From Thalia democratica (Eukaryota), in assembly GCA_965202585.1 (NCBI GenBank), contig OZ241828.1, forward strand, positions 70,556,001 through 70,620,000: a stretch of DNA of 64,000 bases. The letters are read 5' to 3'. The position numbers and the translations under genes are program-made. Below the pieces are notes generated by a model. That model searched no databases. It was not told the origin of the DNA and was given only the letters and a program-made list of their open reading frames with translations. Of this stretch, positions 13,901-26,474 are shown piece by piece; position 1 is the stretch's first letter; every line of letters starts with the position of its first letter.

Positions 13901-16900
13901 CAAAAAAAATTTTATATGTGATATTACATTCCAAAAGATTTAGTATTAAATCAGTAATAAGACAAACGATGGCTAAAACTTACATTGATTATAAATTAGT
14001 TAGTTGATTAAGTTTAAAAATAATATATTTGTTATTGTATTAACATTTTTAAACCAGCACTATTAAAAAAACAAACAATGTCAAAAAAAAAAACTAGCTT
14101 GTTAAAAACATTAAATCATTAAAAGCTCATATATGTTCATCTAATACCATTAAACACTTTTAGTTAATATAATTAAATCATATACAAAAACAAACTACAT
14201 AAAATATAATTGTTTTACATATACACATGATAAAAGTCTGTACTTACTAAATCTAAAGACGATTTTTATATTCGTTCGACATACAGACGGATATTTTAAA
14301 ACTTTAAAAAATCGTTAGATTTAGTATAAAATTAAAAATTAAAAAAAAAAAGAAAAAATACATTAACTAGTTTGTTCAAAAGCTCTACCTTTGTGTACTT
14401 TTAAATTTATCTCTTGGTCCCCTGTAGCTTTTCTTAAATTTTTCAATTTCTCTACGGTACTTGTTGTACGAACCATTTTTTGCTTGCTTTTTAGCTAAAG
14501 AACCTAAAATGGAAATTAGAATAGTATGTTAATGTTACTGAGTTTTCATCTTAAACTTTTAACTAAACTTAAAATCTAATGTTTGTCACTCTTTCTGAAT
14601 AAACTGTTATTCTTTTAAGTTATTGATCACAGAAACAAAACTTACAGTTTGCAGATTTTTTGTTGACGACGTTTTGATAATTTTTAATTTCTTTTTTTAC
14701 AGGGTTGGTTGTTTTGTTTTGAGAATGAAGAGTTTGACTACTGGAAACCTCTGAATCTAATTTGCCGCTCTGTTTTTTTATTATTTTTGTGAGATATAAT
14801 TTTGCTTCGAACTAACTAAGTCGTTATGTGGCAAAGTTTTTTAATTAATCTATAAACAATTCTGATAAAGTGATTAAAAAACATATTAGTTTTTATGTAC
14901 AACTTAATAAAGTATTTATATTATGATTTTGTTATTACCGTTTTATTGAGCCTTGAACAAAAAGATGAAATATACATTTTTAAATTTTAGATTTCACAAA
15001 CAACAACAATTTTATATTGATCAATCTAACTTTTGATAAAAAACTTACCTTAACAAAGTCCTTTTTGTTTATCTTTCTGATCTTTAATGGCGGTACTTTC
15101 TGTTGATCTTTATCACAATAGTTTTTATCACATTCGATATTTTCTTCAAAATAACTTATTGTAGTAGCGATAGACCTTTTTGGTTGTATTCTAAGTTTTC
15201 TGTAATATTTTTTCGAGACAATAAGTTTAAGAAAACAAATAAAAATATAAAAACTTACTAACAATAAAATTTTAACATATTATAGACGTAAATTTTTTTC
15301 ACTATTTTACGAAATACAAACCATAGTTACCAAAATTTTAAACTGCTTTAGTTTAAACAATGTACATTTGTTTAAATGACAATGTTACTTTTTTAAATAT
15401 TTCGTATAACAAAAACTAAAAATTTTTAAGATTTTGCAGTTTATATTTCGTTATATAGCAACATTTATTTAAAATATGTAAGACAATAAAAACTAACTTT
15501 GGCTTATTTTTCGTTTTCGGTAAAAATTCTTCATCTGACGAATCAAATTTGGCAATAGATCTTTTTTGTTTTCTCTTAAAAAATATTAAAGTTATATAGA
15601 TTTTTTTGATCATATTATATAATATAACTATTTTTATTTTTACATTTTATTGTAATTAGATGTTTCTAAGATTAAACAAAATGTTTCGAAAAAAAGTTAA
15701 AGTATAACTCTTTTAGTTATTAATTTCACAAAAAAAACTGTTCTGAAACATAAAGTAAGAAACAAGACATTATTTATCGTTCCTATTAAATATTTTATCG
15801 GCATTAATTATAAATTATAAACTATAGAATTAAGTTTATATATCGTCACCTTTGTGGAGCTGGTTTTATTTACACCTTCTTCATTTTTTTCCAGCTTACA
15901 AAGTTGTTTCGTTAAAAATCTTCGAAGTACTTGAGCCATATCGACTATTTGGTGTCCATGCTGTTTTGTAATTTTAGGTTTGTAAATTATTTACCTTAAT
16001 TTTAAATAGTAAATATTATAAATAATTGTACATAGTATGTTTCAACAGCCAAAAATCAAATAGTAAAAGTGTTAAATTTTTTAAAAAACAAGAAGCGACA
16101 CATATTAATTGTTATACTATTATATGTTTCTTTTTATTAATGAGTTATAATATTTCTTTTGAACGAAAAAAAGTACCATTTTAAAAATTATTTTGTTTTA
16201 CAAACGAGTTTTTTTTTTAAACTTACAGGATTGTACTCGTAACAGTTGAACATCAATTCAAAATCTGCTAAACATTCGTTAGCATCATTGTACATGTTGT
16301 TGTCAAGCTTTTTCTTTATATCTCCCATGCATATTGGCTCTTTGATGACTTCAAAGTAGTCCTGTAAAATATTCATTTCTTTATTAGCTATATTTTGTAT
16401 TGTGATTTCTAGTCATACCTATCTTAAACTAATTTCAGATTTTAAAATTAAAAATTTTACGTACTTTAAAAAGAACACCTACAAAAAGTACAATCCAAAA
16501 TTACAAATAAAAATACACGTTAAGGCTTTATAGATTTCAAAAGTATATTATTTATAATGTGAACACAGGTTATTTTTTGTTTACTTATGTTTTATTATCT
16601 TGATAGTTCATCATTAATTATTAATCAACTTTATAAACATTTAATTGAAGATTATTTTTGTAATCACAAGTTCTATGAAATCAACTAAGATAAATAGTAA
16701 AAGTTAAGACAACAAATTACAAAAACGTACTCTAAGTTGATTTGTAGTAATATAATAGTAGTTTCAAAATTACTTTAACAAGTCAAAATCATAAATTCAA
16801 TAAAATATAATGAAGTCTGTCATTTAAACTTTACATGCAAGGACTCTTATTATTATGTACGCAATTATTTAGCTTAGATTAATAAAATAGTTGTTTTTTA

Positions 16901-17200
16901 AAATAACTAAAATAAAACTTAAAATTAACATAAAACAAAAATCTTATCTCGGGACAATTTTTTATATTTATGTTTAATTATATTTTATTTATTTTATTGT
17001 TTTTCATATTTATGTTTATCATTTTATTATTTTTATGAGTATTCTAAAACAATAACTAAATTCTGTTTGAATATTTCACAAATACTTACCGGTGTTTTGA
17101 GCGCAACTGGATCAACAGGGTTATGAAATGGCCCGCTCATCCTGTGATGGAGCATTTTAGGCATTATTTCTTTCTTGATGTATTCAAGTTTGTAAGACAT
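10801..17200 (-). CDS. Single-bromodomain BET-like protein with BRD4-CTD-like C-terminus (11 coding exons, 583 aa)
   Basis: Manual GT-AG model: 17200-17090, 16361-16227, 15960-15850, 15574-15498, 15199-15049, 14811-14646, 14503-14389, 13414-13238, 12681-12528, 11788-11418, 10984-10801. Total 1752 nt, all intron phases compatible, no internal stop. Acceptors of exons 6, 8, 9 and 10 are A-rich and less certain. Confidence 0.8.
15850..17200 (-). CDS. Exons 1-3: BET-type bromodomain
   Basis: MSYKLEYIKKEIMPKMLHHRMSGPFHNPVDPVALKTP|DYFEVIKEPICMGDIKKKLDNNMYNDANECLADFELMFNCYEYNP|HGHQIVDMAQVLRRFLTKQL aligns with the BRD2/3/4 BD1 pattern (WPF..PVD...L.PDYY..IK.PMD.GTIKK.LE.N.Y....C..DF..MF.NCY.YN.P...IV.MA..L). 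Acetyl-lysine-binding Tyr and Asn are retained. Confidence 0.92.
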
Positions 17201-17378
17201 TTTTAATTTAATTATTGTGCCACTGTTATTTTACAATTTCTTGTCAGTATTATGTAAACTATTGAGTTATTTTAAAAAACAAATTAAACAAAACACACTC
17301 CTAGTATATTAACAATGAATTGTATGTTTCTAAGTAATGTCTGAATTTATTATTAAGCCTTCGTTAGTTGTAATCAAA

Positions 17379-19208
17379 TATTATTGTCGTGTACATTATC
17401 AAGTGTTCCTAATAAAAACTAAAATAATAATATTTAAAGTATTATGTTGTTCTCGGTGAACTCAAATTTGTGAGATATATTTCAGCTTATTATATTTTAT
17501 CTAGGAGTTGCTACCTAAGTGCATTTCTCCTTTGAGATTATATAAGTGTTAAGCTAACAAATTCTTAGGAGGCACTCCTCACATAATCTTTTTGTCAAGT
17601 TTTTTTCTAAATTAAAAATCATTATTGCCTCTGAAACTTTTATAATTTCCTTTAAAGTATTTCAACTTCTGTTAAATTTTTAAAAGTAAATGTCTTTCTC
17701 TAATTACGATATAAAATTAGATTAAATAAAGACCTATTAATTTTTTAAGAATCTAATTTAAATAGTATACTGTTAGCAGAGAACTATTGAGAATAAAGGA
17801 AAACCAAAAACACATATATAATTTTAACCACTAAATTTTTTTCGAGTAAAGAATGTTCTTTGTAATAATAATCTACGTAAGTTAAAATAAAATTACAGCT
17901 TATCAGAATTTTATAAAATAAATTTGCAACAGCGTAATTTTTTCTTATATTAGATTACTAACTATATTAATATTTATCTAAAACTAAAAAGCTAAAACAT
18001 TTTTTTTTTGTTTTAGTTCTTGATTTTTCAATACTATCAATCTTCTGTAAGGAACTTATTTCTATAAAAAATTTAATAATACTTTTTATTTTTGTTTAAA
18101 TTTAAACTGTTTTATCCAAAATTAAAAGATAGTTTAAACTATTATAGATATTTTTTGCTAACCAATGTTCTATTTTTCATTTTTATAAACAAATTATTAA
18201 TGCCTATATATGTATGAATAAACAACTAGCCTAAAACAAATATATCAGATTGCGTTGAACTTTGTTAAAGATAGTTAAAAACAAAAATAAACTTCTCATA
18301 GAATATAATATTTATAGGAAAACTGAAAATCTTAAAAAAAGTGAATTTCATAAATAGGAATTCTTGTCTGTAATAGTTTTGCGTGCTTGTTTATTTTTAT
18401 ACTTAAGTCAAACAATACCAAATACATATTAACTCAAAGTTTTTATTTTTTAACTTTTTAAACAGTTTTTATTTATTTAAACTTTTAACCTTCTTTATAA
18501 GCATTTTTTTGACCGAAAAGTGACCGACAATAAAATGACCTTAAATAAGTTCAAAAAAAAAAAAGATTAAGATATAAAATGACCATTCAAAGTTCAAAAA
18601 TTTTGCTGTTTTAAAAAAAATATTTGTAACATTCTTATTTCTTATTATGATTAAATTTAAAAGAGTTAAAAAAATTTAAACAAGCTTTATCAATTTTCTA
18701 ACGTAAACCATTTGTTTAAAACGTATAACTATAGCCAAGGGGTAAAAAAGACGTAAACATTATATTTGAGTCACCTAGAACTTTGTTAAAAATATCATGA
18801 CTAAAACGTGTTTTATAATCAGATATCTTTTCTTAACACTATTTAATTTATATATTATTGTCGTGTAAATTATCAAAGTTCCTAGAAGGAGTAAACTAAA
18901 ATATTTATAAAACATAGTTTAAGTATTATGCTGTTCTCGGTGAACTCAAATTTGTAAGATACGTTTCAGCTTATTATATTTTATCTAGGAGCTGCTACCT
19001 AAGTGCATTTCTCCTTTGAGATTATATAAATCTTAAGCTAACAAATTCTTAGGAGGCACTCCTTACATAATCTTTTTGTCAATATTTTTCTGAATTAAAA
19101 ATCATTATTGCCACTGAAACTTTTATAATTTTCTATAAAACATTTGAACTTCATTTAAGTATTGAAAAATAAATGTCTTTGTCTAATTTCAATATAAATT
19201 TAGATTTA
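17379..19208 (+). repeat. ~340-bp direct duplication upstream of the BET-like gene (17379-17722 and 18853-19208)
   Basis: Shared core GTTCTCGGTGAACTCAAATTTGT...CTACCTAAGTGCATTTCTCCTTTGAG...CTTAGGAGGCACTCCT, roughly 90% identical by eye. Confidence 0.85.
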
Positions 19209-20610
19209 ATAATTATTAAAAGTTTTAAAAATACTAAAAAGGTACTCTAAATTTGAAATAAATGTTTTAATAAAAGTTCGAAGTTCTATTTATATTTTTT
19301 CATTTATTTCGTATCTTATATAAATCTCAATTTTTTTAATGAAAAATGTTCTAAACTCTAGGTTCGTAATTTTTTTTGATGGTTTTCGACCAAAATTAAC
19401 TAACAAATATTTAAAAGAAAATGATGTTTAAGCATCAGAAGTCATAGTAACAAAAATTTAGAAAGTACTTTTTTTTAATAAAATTTATATGTACAATTTA
19501 AAAGTCAAAGGTAAAAGTATTCAAATTATACAAGAAAATTTAAAACATTTTTTGAATTTCTTATACCTAACTTTCGTTTTTTCAGACAAAAAAATTGACT
19601 TGATAAATTTTTTACAAATAAACTTTGTTATAACATATCATAACTATGTATACAAAACAAGTTAATAATATATTATCACGCTTTTCAAAGGTACTTAAAG
19701 ACTAGTATTATTAAAATATGACTAAATATTAAAATATTATATAAATACTAAAACTTAATTTGATTATGTTGTTAACAAATCTTATAGTTTATAACGTATT
19801 TATTAATAACTTAATCAAATTAAGTTTAAGTACTTATATAATCTTTTAATACTCTTTTCTGAACTTAGTTAATTAAATTATCATATTTTAAAACTTTAAC
19901 TTGAGTACTCTTTTCAAAACTATGGCAAACTTTAATTTTAATTTGATTTTTAGTAATCACATTATTTTATTTAATGAGTAGTCATTAAATTTCTTTGAAA
20001 ATCGTACTAATATATAAAAAATTTAATTTTAGTAAATGTTTCATTTTAATATCTATATTTTTAGAACTTACAGTTATATCTTTATTGGCAATTATATCAT
20101 TATGTGTTTTACATAAATTAAAATTATATTTGAAATATAAAATTAAACCGGTTTAATTAAACCAATTAAAAACCGGTTCAACTTATGATAATAAAAACTA
20201 AAAAAATTGTTCTAATAATAAACTACTTATATAAAACAATCTACTCTAAAGTACCGTATAAATATCTTTAAATCTTAGAATTTCTTTACAAATTTTTAAT
20301 ACAAAATTTATTCAAAATTTGAATTCATTCTAAATGATGAGTATATACACTGTCATTGTATTTTTTCAAACAACTTAAATTTACTTTCTTAGTAATATGA
20401 ATATAAGAAATAATTGGTTTGAAATTTTAAATATATTGTTACTTTCTATATGTGTTTTCTATTTTATCCTAAAAATAATAAATTAACTAGTTTTCTCAAC
20501 AACGCAAAAATGGTTTACTACTACCTATACCTTTACTCGACAGTATGCTTTTAACTAAATGATTATATAAAACTAATGCTTTAAAGTTATAAATTCTGAA
20601 TTTGTCAAAA

Positions 20611-21920
20611 TACTTTTTTAGGTCAAAATTCGGTCATTTTTAATCCGTTAGAATGTACTTAACTGTGTTTAAATGAAAACTACTTTTTTAGGTCAAAAAA
20701 AGGTCAGTTTTAATGCGCTTTGTTGTTCCTAATTTTGTCAAATGAAAAGTACTTAATTAGGTCAAAAAAAGGTCACTTACGATGTTTTATCATATGTTCC
20801 TAATTTTGACCAAAAGTGTACTTTTTTTGGTAAAAAAGGTCAACTTTTAAAGAGTTTTAATAGCAAAATTAGATGAAAACATTAAAAATCATATTTGTAA
20901 GTATGTTATATGGTTAAATAGAAGTTTATTGTGTAACAATTGTAAACAAAAAATAAACAGTTATAAGCATAAAAGTTAATCTTGAAATAAAAACTATTCT
21001 ATGCACTTTTTGACTTCTCACAACTAAACTATACTGTTTTAAAACAACAAAACAAACTAAATAATGAACTGAATATCTTTGAAAGTTAAGTATATAGTTT
21101 GAATGCTACTAAACAGACACATCAAGTTACAAATCTTCATTAGTTAATGATTTACTTCAAAATTAATTTTAAATATATTTTATTGTAGCTTGAACCACTT
21201 TTATTATAAAGTGATCCTGTTTAAATATTTCTAAAACATCTTTAATGCATAAAGTCGTTTACTCGTAATACGTTGTCATTTTATAAACTATTATAAAACA
21301 AAAATGTTTTCATTTTAATGCGCTTTACTTTTTTAACTAGAACAAACAAAAGCTTTTTTTTTGATCAAAAATAGGTCACTTTAACAACAACATTTTAACG
21401 AAACTTATGAACTTTTTTAAATGTATAAAATCATAATTATAGCATAAGAAACTATTATACAAAAGATATTAAAATTTATATTTTTGATTTCTCACAACAA
21501 AGTATTAGCAAAACTAAATGATAACCTTAACATTTTAGCTAATAAAATAGTTTAATGATAAATATAAAAGCTATACTAAAATCAGATCTTCATTAACTAA
21601 TGAATTTTTACAAAAATAATTAACTTTATTTTGTGTAGTTTGAGTCATTTTTATTACTCAAACTTCGATTAGAATGTTTACAAAGCTTACAACCGAAAAA
21701 TACTTTTTTAGGTTGAAAAAAGGTCATCTTTAATCCGTTTATAAGTTCTTAAATACTTACAATAAAATATACTTTTTTTGGTTAAAAAAAGGTCACTTTT
21801 AGTGTTATTTTATGTACCTAATTATGTATAATTGAATGTACATTTTTCGGTCAAAAAATGTTCGTTTTTAATGTGGTTTTATATTCCTTATTATGTATAA
21901 TGAAAAGTCTTTTTTTATAA
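20611..21920 (+). repeat. Two arrays of a ~69-bp unit (20611-20860 and 21701-21920)
   Basis: Unit TACTTTTTTAGGTCAAAAAAAGGTCA...; starts at about 20611, 20681, 20749, 20819 and 21701, 21769, 21838. Inverted related motifs (TTTTTTGACCGAAAAGTGACC) near 18505-18590. Confidence 0.75.
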
Positions 21921-22167
21921 GTAGGTTAGTTTTGTTAACTATATCATAAATAAAAGTTACAATTTTCGTAAATAGAAAATTGATATTTGACTATTTTAGT
22001 CGCATGAACAGTATAATTTTCCACATTTTAAGCTCCAAAATTATCTAATGTAAGTTTCAAATTGTTCGTAAGCTACACTTAAGTTGAAGGTTTTATTATG
22101 CCCTTTACTTTAAACGTAGGATTGTCCAGTAAATTATTAACTTGCGAGCGTATTTTCATGTTTGCAG

Positions 22168-22252
22168 GCAGCAGGGAATACCTTTGATGAGTTGCAACCT
22201 ATTCAATATGAAAGTGCTCGCAGGTCGCGCTTTGACTCTTCATGGGTCGCAG
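22168..22252 (+). CDS. Orphan exon-like segment, unknown product
   Basis: TTTGCAG acceptor and CAG|GTAACA donor bracket an 85-nt GC-richer open frame AAGNTFDELQPIQYESARRSRFDSSWVA. No partner exons identified. Confidence 0.4.
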
Positions 22253-24309
22253 GTAACATCACTCTATATTAATTTAAGATACTCAGCGATAGCGCATTTG
22301 ATCAAACCTAAAACATTGCTATACAAAATACTTTTAAGAACAAATTAAACGTAACGAAATAAAAAGTTTTCTTACTTGAAAAAAAAGATTCTTTTTTATA
22401 AAAAATATGCTTGTTTTTATCTTATACTTTTAGAATTTAAATTAATATTTATACACGGCTTTTTGATCAGTTTAAACTTTTCCTTAAACTGTAGATTTAT
22501 GTCTAGAAATGATAGTGCTTCTTTCTATAAGATGCTGATAATCAATCGTATAGTTATGTAAACTACTTTCTAAGATTTTCAAAACGTTTTTGCTTAATAT
22601 ATTATTTCCTCTAAACAGTTTTTAATACTAACTTAATTTATAGCCTTAGTACTAATTTTTAAAAGTAAAGAGAGGAAATTTTATTTTAGTTGATCTTTTT
22701 TTTTTCTGAAGAAGTATTCGTAAGTAAAGGAAAAAATTAAAAAAAAACTAATTTTTTCAAATGTTATTCAAGAACTGTTGTTGCTACTAAGTCTATTTTG
22801 TCTAAATTATTACAAGTGTCTAAGATCAGTGAGCTAAAATAAAAATTCAATCTTATTATATTTAGATAGATAACGAAAATCACTAGCTAGGTATTAAAAA
22901 TGAATCAAACTTCAGATTTTAATTAGCTAGTGAAGTTTTCAGATACAAAAAAGAGGCATTAATTTTTTAGTTTGGACATGTTTCGTTTTTAAAAACAATG
23001 TAACACAATTTTCAACTGTTTAAAAAAGTTTTTGGATTTGGTAACAAAAATATTAAGTAAAAAATTATTAACAAGTCTTAGAGATATTTATTGAATTATT
23101 TTTGATAAAAAATATCTGATAGTAAATATTTTAGTTAAAATATAAAAAACTGCATGAAAATAACCTTAAAATTATAATGTATAAATTTAACATTTCTGCT
23201 ATTTACGGAAATCGGGTATGTGCGTTATATTGAAAAATATACGTACACAAAAAGGACACAATGGTGTACATAATAATTAATAAAACTAATAATCAATAAG
23301 GAGAATAAATTATTTTTTTCTTATTCTTTTTTTTTTGATCCGTTTTCAAAAGTAGTTTTGTTTTAAACTAACAGTATTTTTTATGTTTTACATTCTCCTT
23401 TGTCGCGTTTATTCGCAAGCTCCTCCCGCTCAACATAGATGATATTCAAACTATTTATCTTGCGCTTGTAGAACTCTGTTGTGTTGATCATACAATAAAT
23501 AGAACATTTTAGAGTAACTATTTCGTGTACGGTTTATAAAACTTAATATTAGTTAATTTATTTAAGTTTATATTTTATATACTTTTTGACTGTATGAATT
23601 TTTAAAACTTTATCTTCAGTATTTCTTTTAAACAGTTAATTTAAAAAAAAAAACTCAATGTTATATTTCTATTCAGCTAGTCTTCGAAGCCGATTTATTT
23701 TTTTTTTATACAGTTATTTCATTTGTATCTACAATTTGTCGTTCTATTTAAATCTTTTAGATTTTTAGTTTTGATTTAATCTAAATTTAAATTTAACTTC
23801 AAATTAATGCTCTTTGGAAAATTTCATTTGTTAAGTTTTTAACTTTAACTAAAGATGTATGTTGTAAAATTTAGTTTTATAACAGAAGTCTTTGAGATAA
23901 AATATCCATTAAGCTAAACATGCCAACTATTCAAAACTTAACTTTAAAAAAAAACTATTATTTCTAGTAAATATTTATAGTAACCTGCCGCTTCAGTACG
24001 CCTTTTTCAACCAAAAATGCTGTGTTAAAAATGCGTTTGTTTTTACTTTTAAAAATAAAAAAACGGTAAATTAAGGTCACAAAAAATATTTTACTTAAAA
24101 ACATACTTTACGAAATCGAAAACTGAAGGAACCAGAACAAAGTATAAAACAAAATATACTAGATCAAATACTTAAAGCAAACATATTGCAGTTTTTTTTT
24201 TTCAAAGTATTCACAAACAATCCAATTGACATTTGGCTACTTTAATATTAAACATAGTAATTAGAATACTTTATAAGTCGTAGTTAAGTTTTAACAAATG
24301 AAAACAGTG

Positions 24310-25483
24310 AACAGTGAAATTAGATACGATGACGATTGTTTATTTATATCCTTAACAGAAAGTGAAAACGAAGCTATTTAGAAATAAATAAATCCCTTAC
24401 AAGAAAAGATTTCTTTCACTAGAGAAGTAGAAGAGAACTATCTACTGCCTCTTGTAGATACATTGATAACAAAAGATAAAACAAACTTCTTAACGAATGC
24501 CTATAGAAAAACAAATTTCACTCCACAGTATTTACACTATCAATATTTTTGTAGAAAGAAACAAAAAAGAAACAAATAGTAAACCTAATAAAAACACTTT
24601 TTTACCATAGAGCATACAAGATTCGTTTTAAAGAATTACTTCATTTAGAAGTGTAAATGTGGAAAAACATATTTTAATAAAAAATGGAAACCCACCAGAT
24701 TTGATTAATAGGGTTAAGAAATCACATCACAATAATCTAAATCAACCTAAGATATACGGACCGGAGAAGTTCCGAGCAGTTTTAAAACTACCATTTATTG
24801 GAGAATCATTACGAGTATTTGAGAATAAAGTAAAAAATTTAACAACAGCATCTTCTAATCAAGTTAGTCCAAGAGTGATACTTTTCTCAAAACCTTAATC
24901 AAAAGTGCAGTTAAAGGATCCGATATCAGACTAGGACAGAAGTAGTGTACAATTTTAATTGCTCCTGCGAAAAGAGCTAAATCGGTCATTTTTCGTGGCA
25001 TTTAAAAACCAGAATAAAAGAACATCCACCTGCTTGTGTGTTGAAATTCATTAAAAAACAATATAAAATTAAGACAACGGCAACTAAAAACGCAGAAAAA
25101 AGATCTTCAGTTGCATAACATCTAATAAAAATAGATTTTGTGCTAGGAAATATGTCATATCTAGTTTTAAAATAATCCATCATTGCAATAGTGTATTTGA
25201 TCTCGTTAAGTTGGAGGCTATTTCTATATTTTTGAGAAACCAGAATTGTTCAAACAAAAGAAATTTGATTACAAAGTGTCTTTATTAGTTAAATTATCCA
25301 TTTTATTATGTTAGTAGTATTTGAGTTTAATTAATTATTACTTTACACTGATTGTTTATTGCGCTAGTTTATTTGTTAGTTTTAACTGCTTGTGTTTTTA
25401 GTAAAAAATTATTCATAATTTTATATTTGGTTCTACTGTTAGGCTCTGACGAAAATTAGTGAAACACGTATTAGACTATCAAA
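24310..25483 (+). mobile_element. Penelope-like retroelement, 5'-truncated (RT C-terminus + GIY-YIG endonuclease), degenerate
   Basis: Broken frames give RYDDDCLF, TREVEENYLLPLVDTLI, YRKTNFT..YLHY, IKTLF.RAYKI, LIKNGNPPDLINR, LKLPFIGE, LKTRIKEH and SSVA.HL, all typical of Penelope/Neptune RT-thumb and GIY-YIG regions. Confidence 0.85.
25439..25478 (+). ncRNA. Degenerate minimal hammerhead-ribozyme-like motif at the Penelope end (second copy 30359-30398)
   Basis: CTGACGA-N8-GAAAC-AC-GTA core with flanking TAGGCT/AGACTA helix-I-like pairing. Helix II is not well formed and there are two extra nt after the GUA. Confidence 0.4.
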
Positions 25484-25535
25484 GAAAAATATTCTATATA
25501 TTGAATAAGAAAGGTTTTGTAATATAAAAAAGTAA

Positions 25536-26435
25536 ATGTTTGTTGAAGCTGAAATCAAAGCATTGGTTGAGTCCTCCAAAATTGGAAAACAGCTGAAAGA
25601 AAAATTGATTGCAATTGGTAATAAGAAGGACAATGAATTTAGTCGTTTTCAAGCTGAGATGCTTAAATTGAAGGAAGATTATAATGAAAAAAGTAAAATC
25701 ATTGAAAATAACATTGATCAGATTCAAAAAGATGAATTCAGCATTAAGAAAATAGACAATATAGAAAATAAAATTACAGAATTACAAAAAAGTTTCTCAG
25801 AATTTAAGTCTGAATTTTCTTATAAGTTTAACAAGTTTGAAACTAAATTCTCAAAATATGCTGATGCTTTGCAGAAAAGTGAACCAACAGAAATTATCAC
25901 AAACATTAGTACCAAATTAAATTTAGTAGTAGAAAAAGTAGAGGATGAAAATGAACAAAAACTGAAAGAAAAAAAGGCTTTAAATGTAATAATATTTAAC
26001 ATTCCAGAAAGTAAAAATCCAACTATAGTGCACTAGAAAATTGAAAAAATGATCTAAAAATTATTGAACAAGTATTAGGAGAAAATAAAATTGAAAAAAG
26101 AAGAATTTAAGTCACTTTATTGAGTTGGTAAAATTGCAGATAACAAAATCAGACCCGTTATAATCAAATTTAACAATTTAGCATACAAACACAGACTGTT
26201 AAGGCTAAGAGGTTTGAAAATGTTTAATGGTGAAATCGAATCAAAAGTCTACATCAACCATGACAGAACTGTCTTGGAAATTGAAGCATTCAGAAAATTG
26301 AGAAAAGAAGTTAAAATAAAGCAAGCCATCGCTTATGAGAAAAAGTTGAACATAAAATATGTTATAAGGAACAACAAGATAGTCGAATTAACAAGACAGC
26401 CCTTTCGCTACCAATCCCAGGATATCTGGGATTAG
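25536..26435 (+). pseudogene. LINE ORF1 (coiled coil + RRM-like LNVIIFNIPES...RPVIIKF...VYINHDRT)
   Basis: ORF pieces 25536-26036 and 26214-26435 plus intervening broken frames. Confidence 0.8.
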
Positions 26436-26474
26436 TGGAGGAAATCATGAGTCAACGGATATAAATATATTAAC

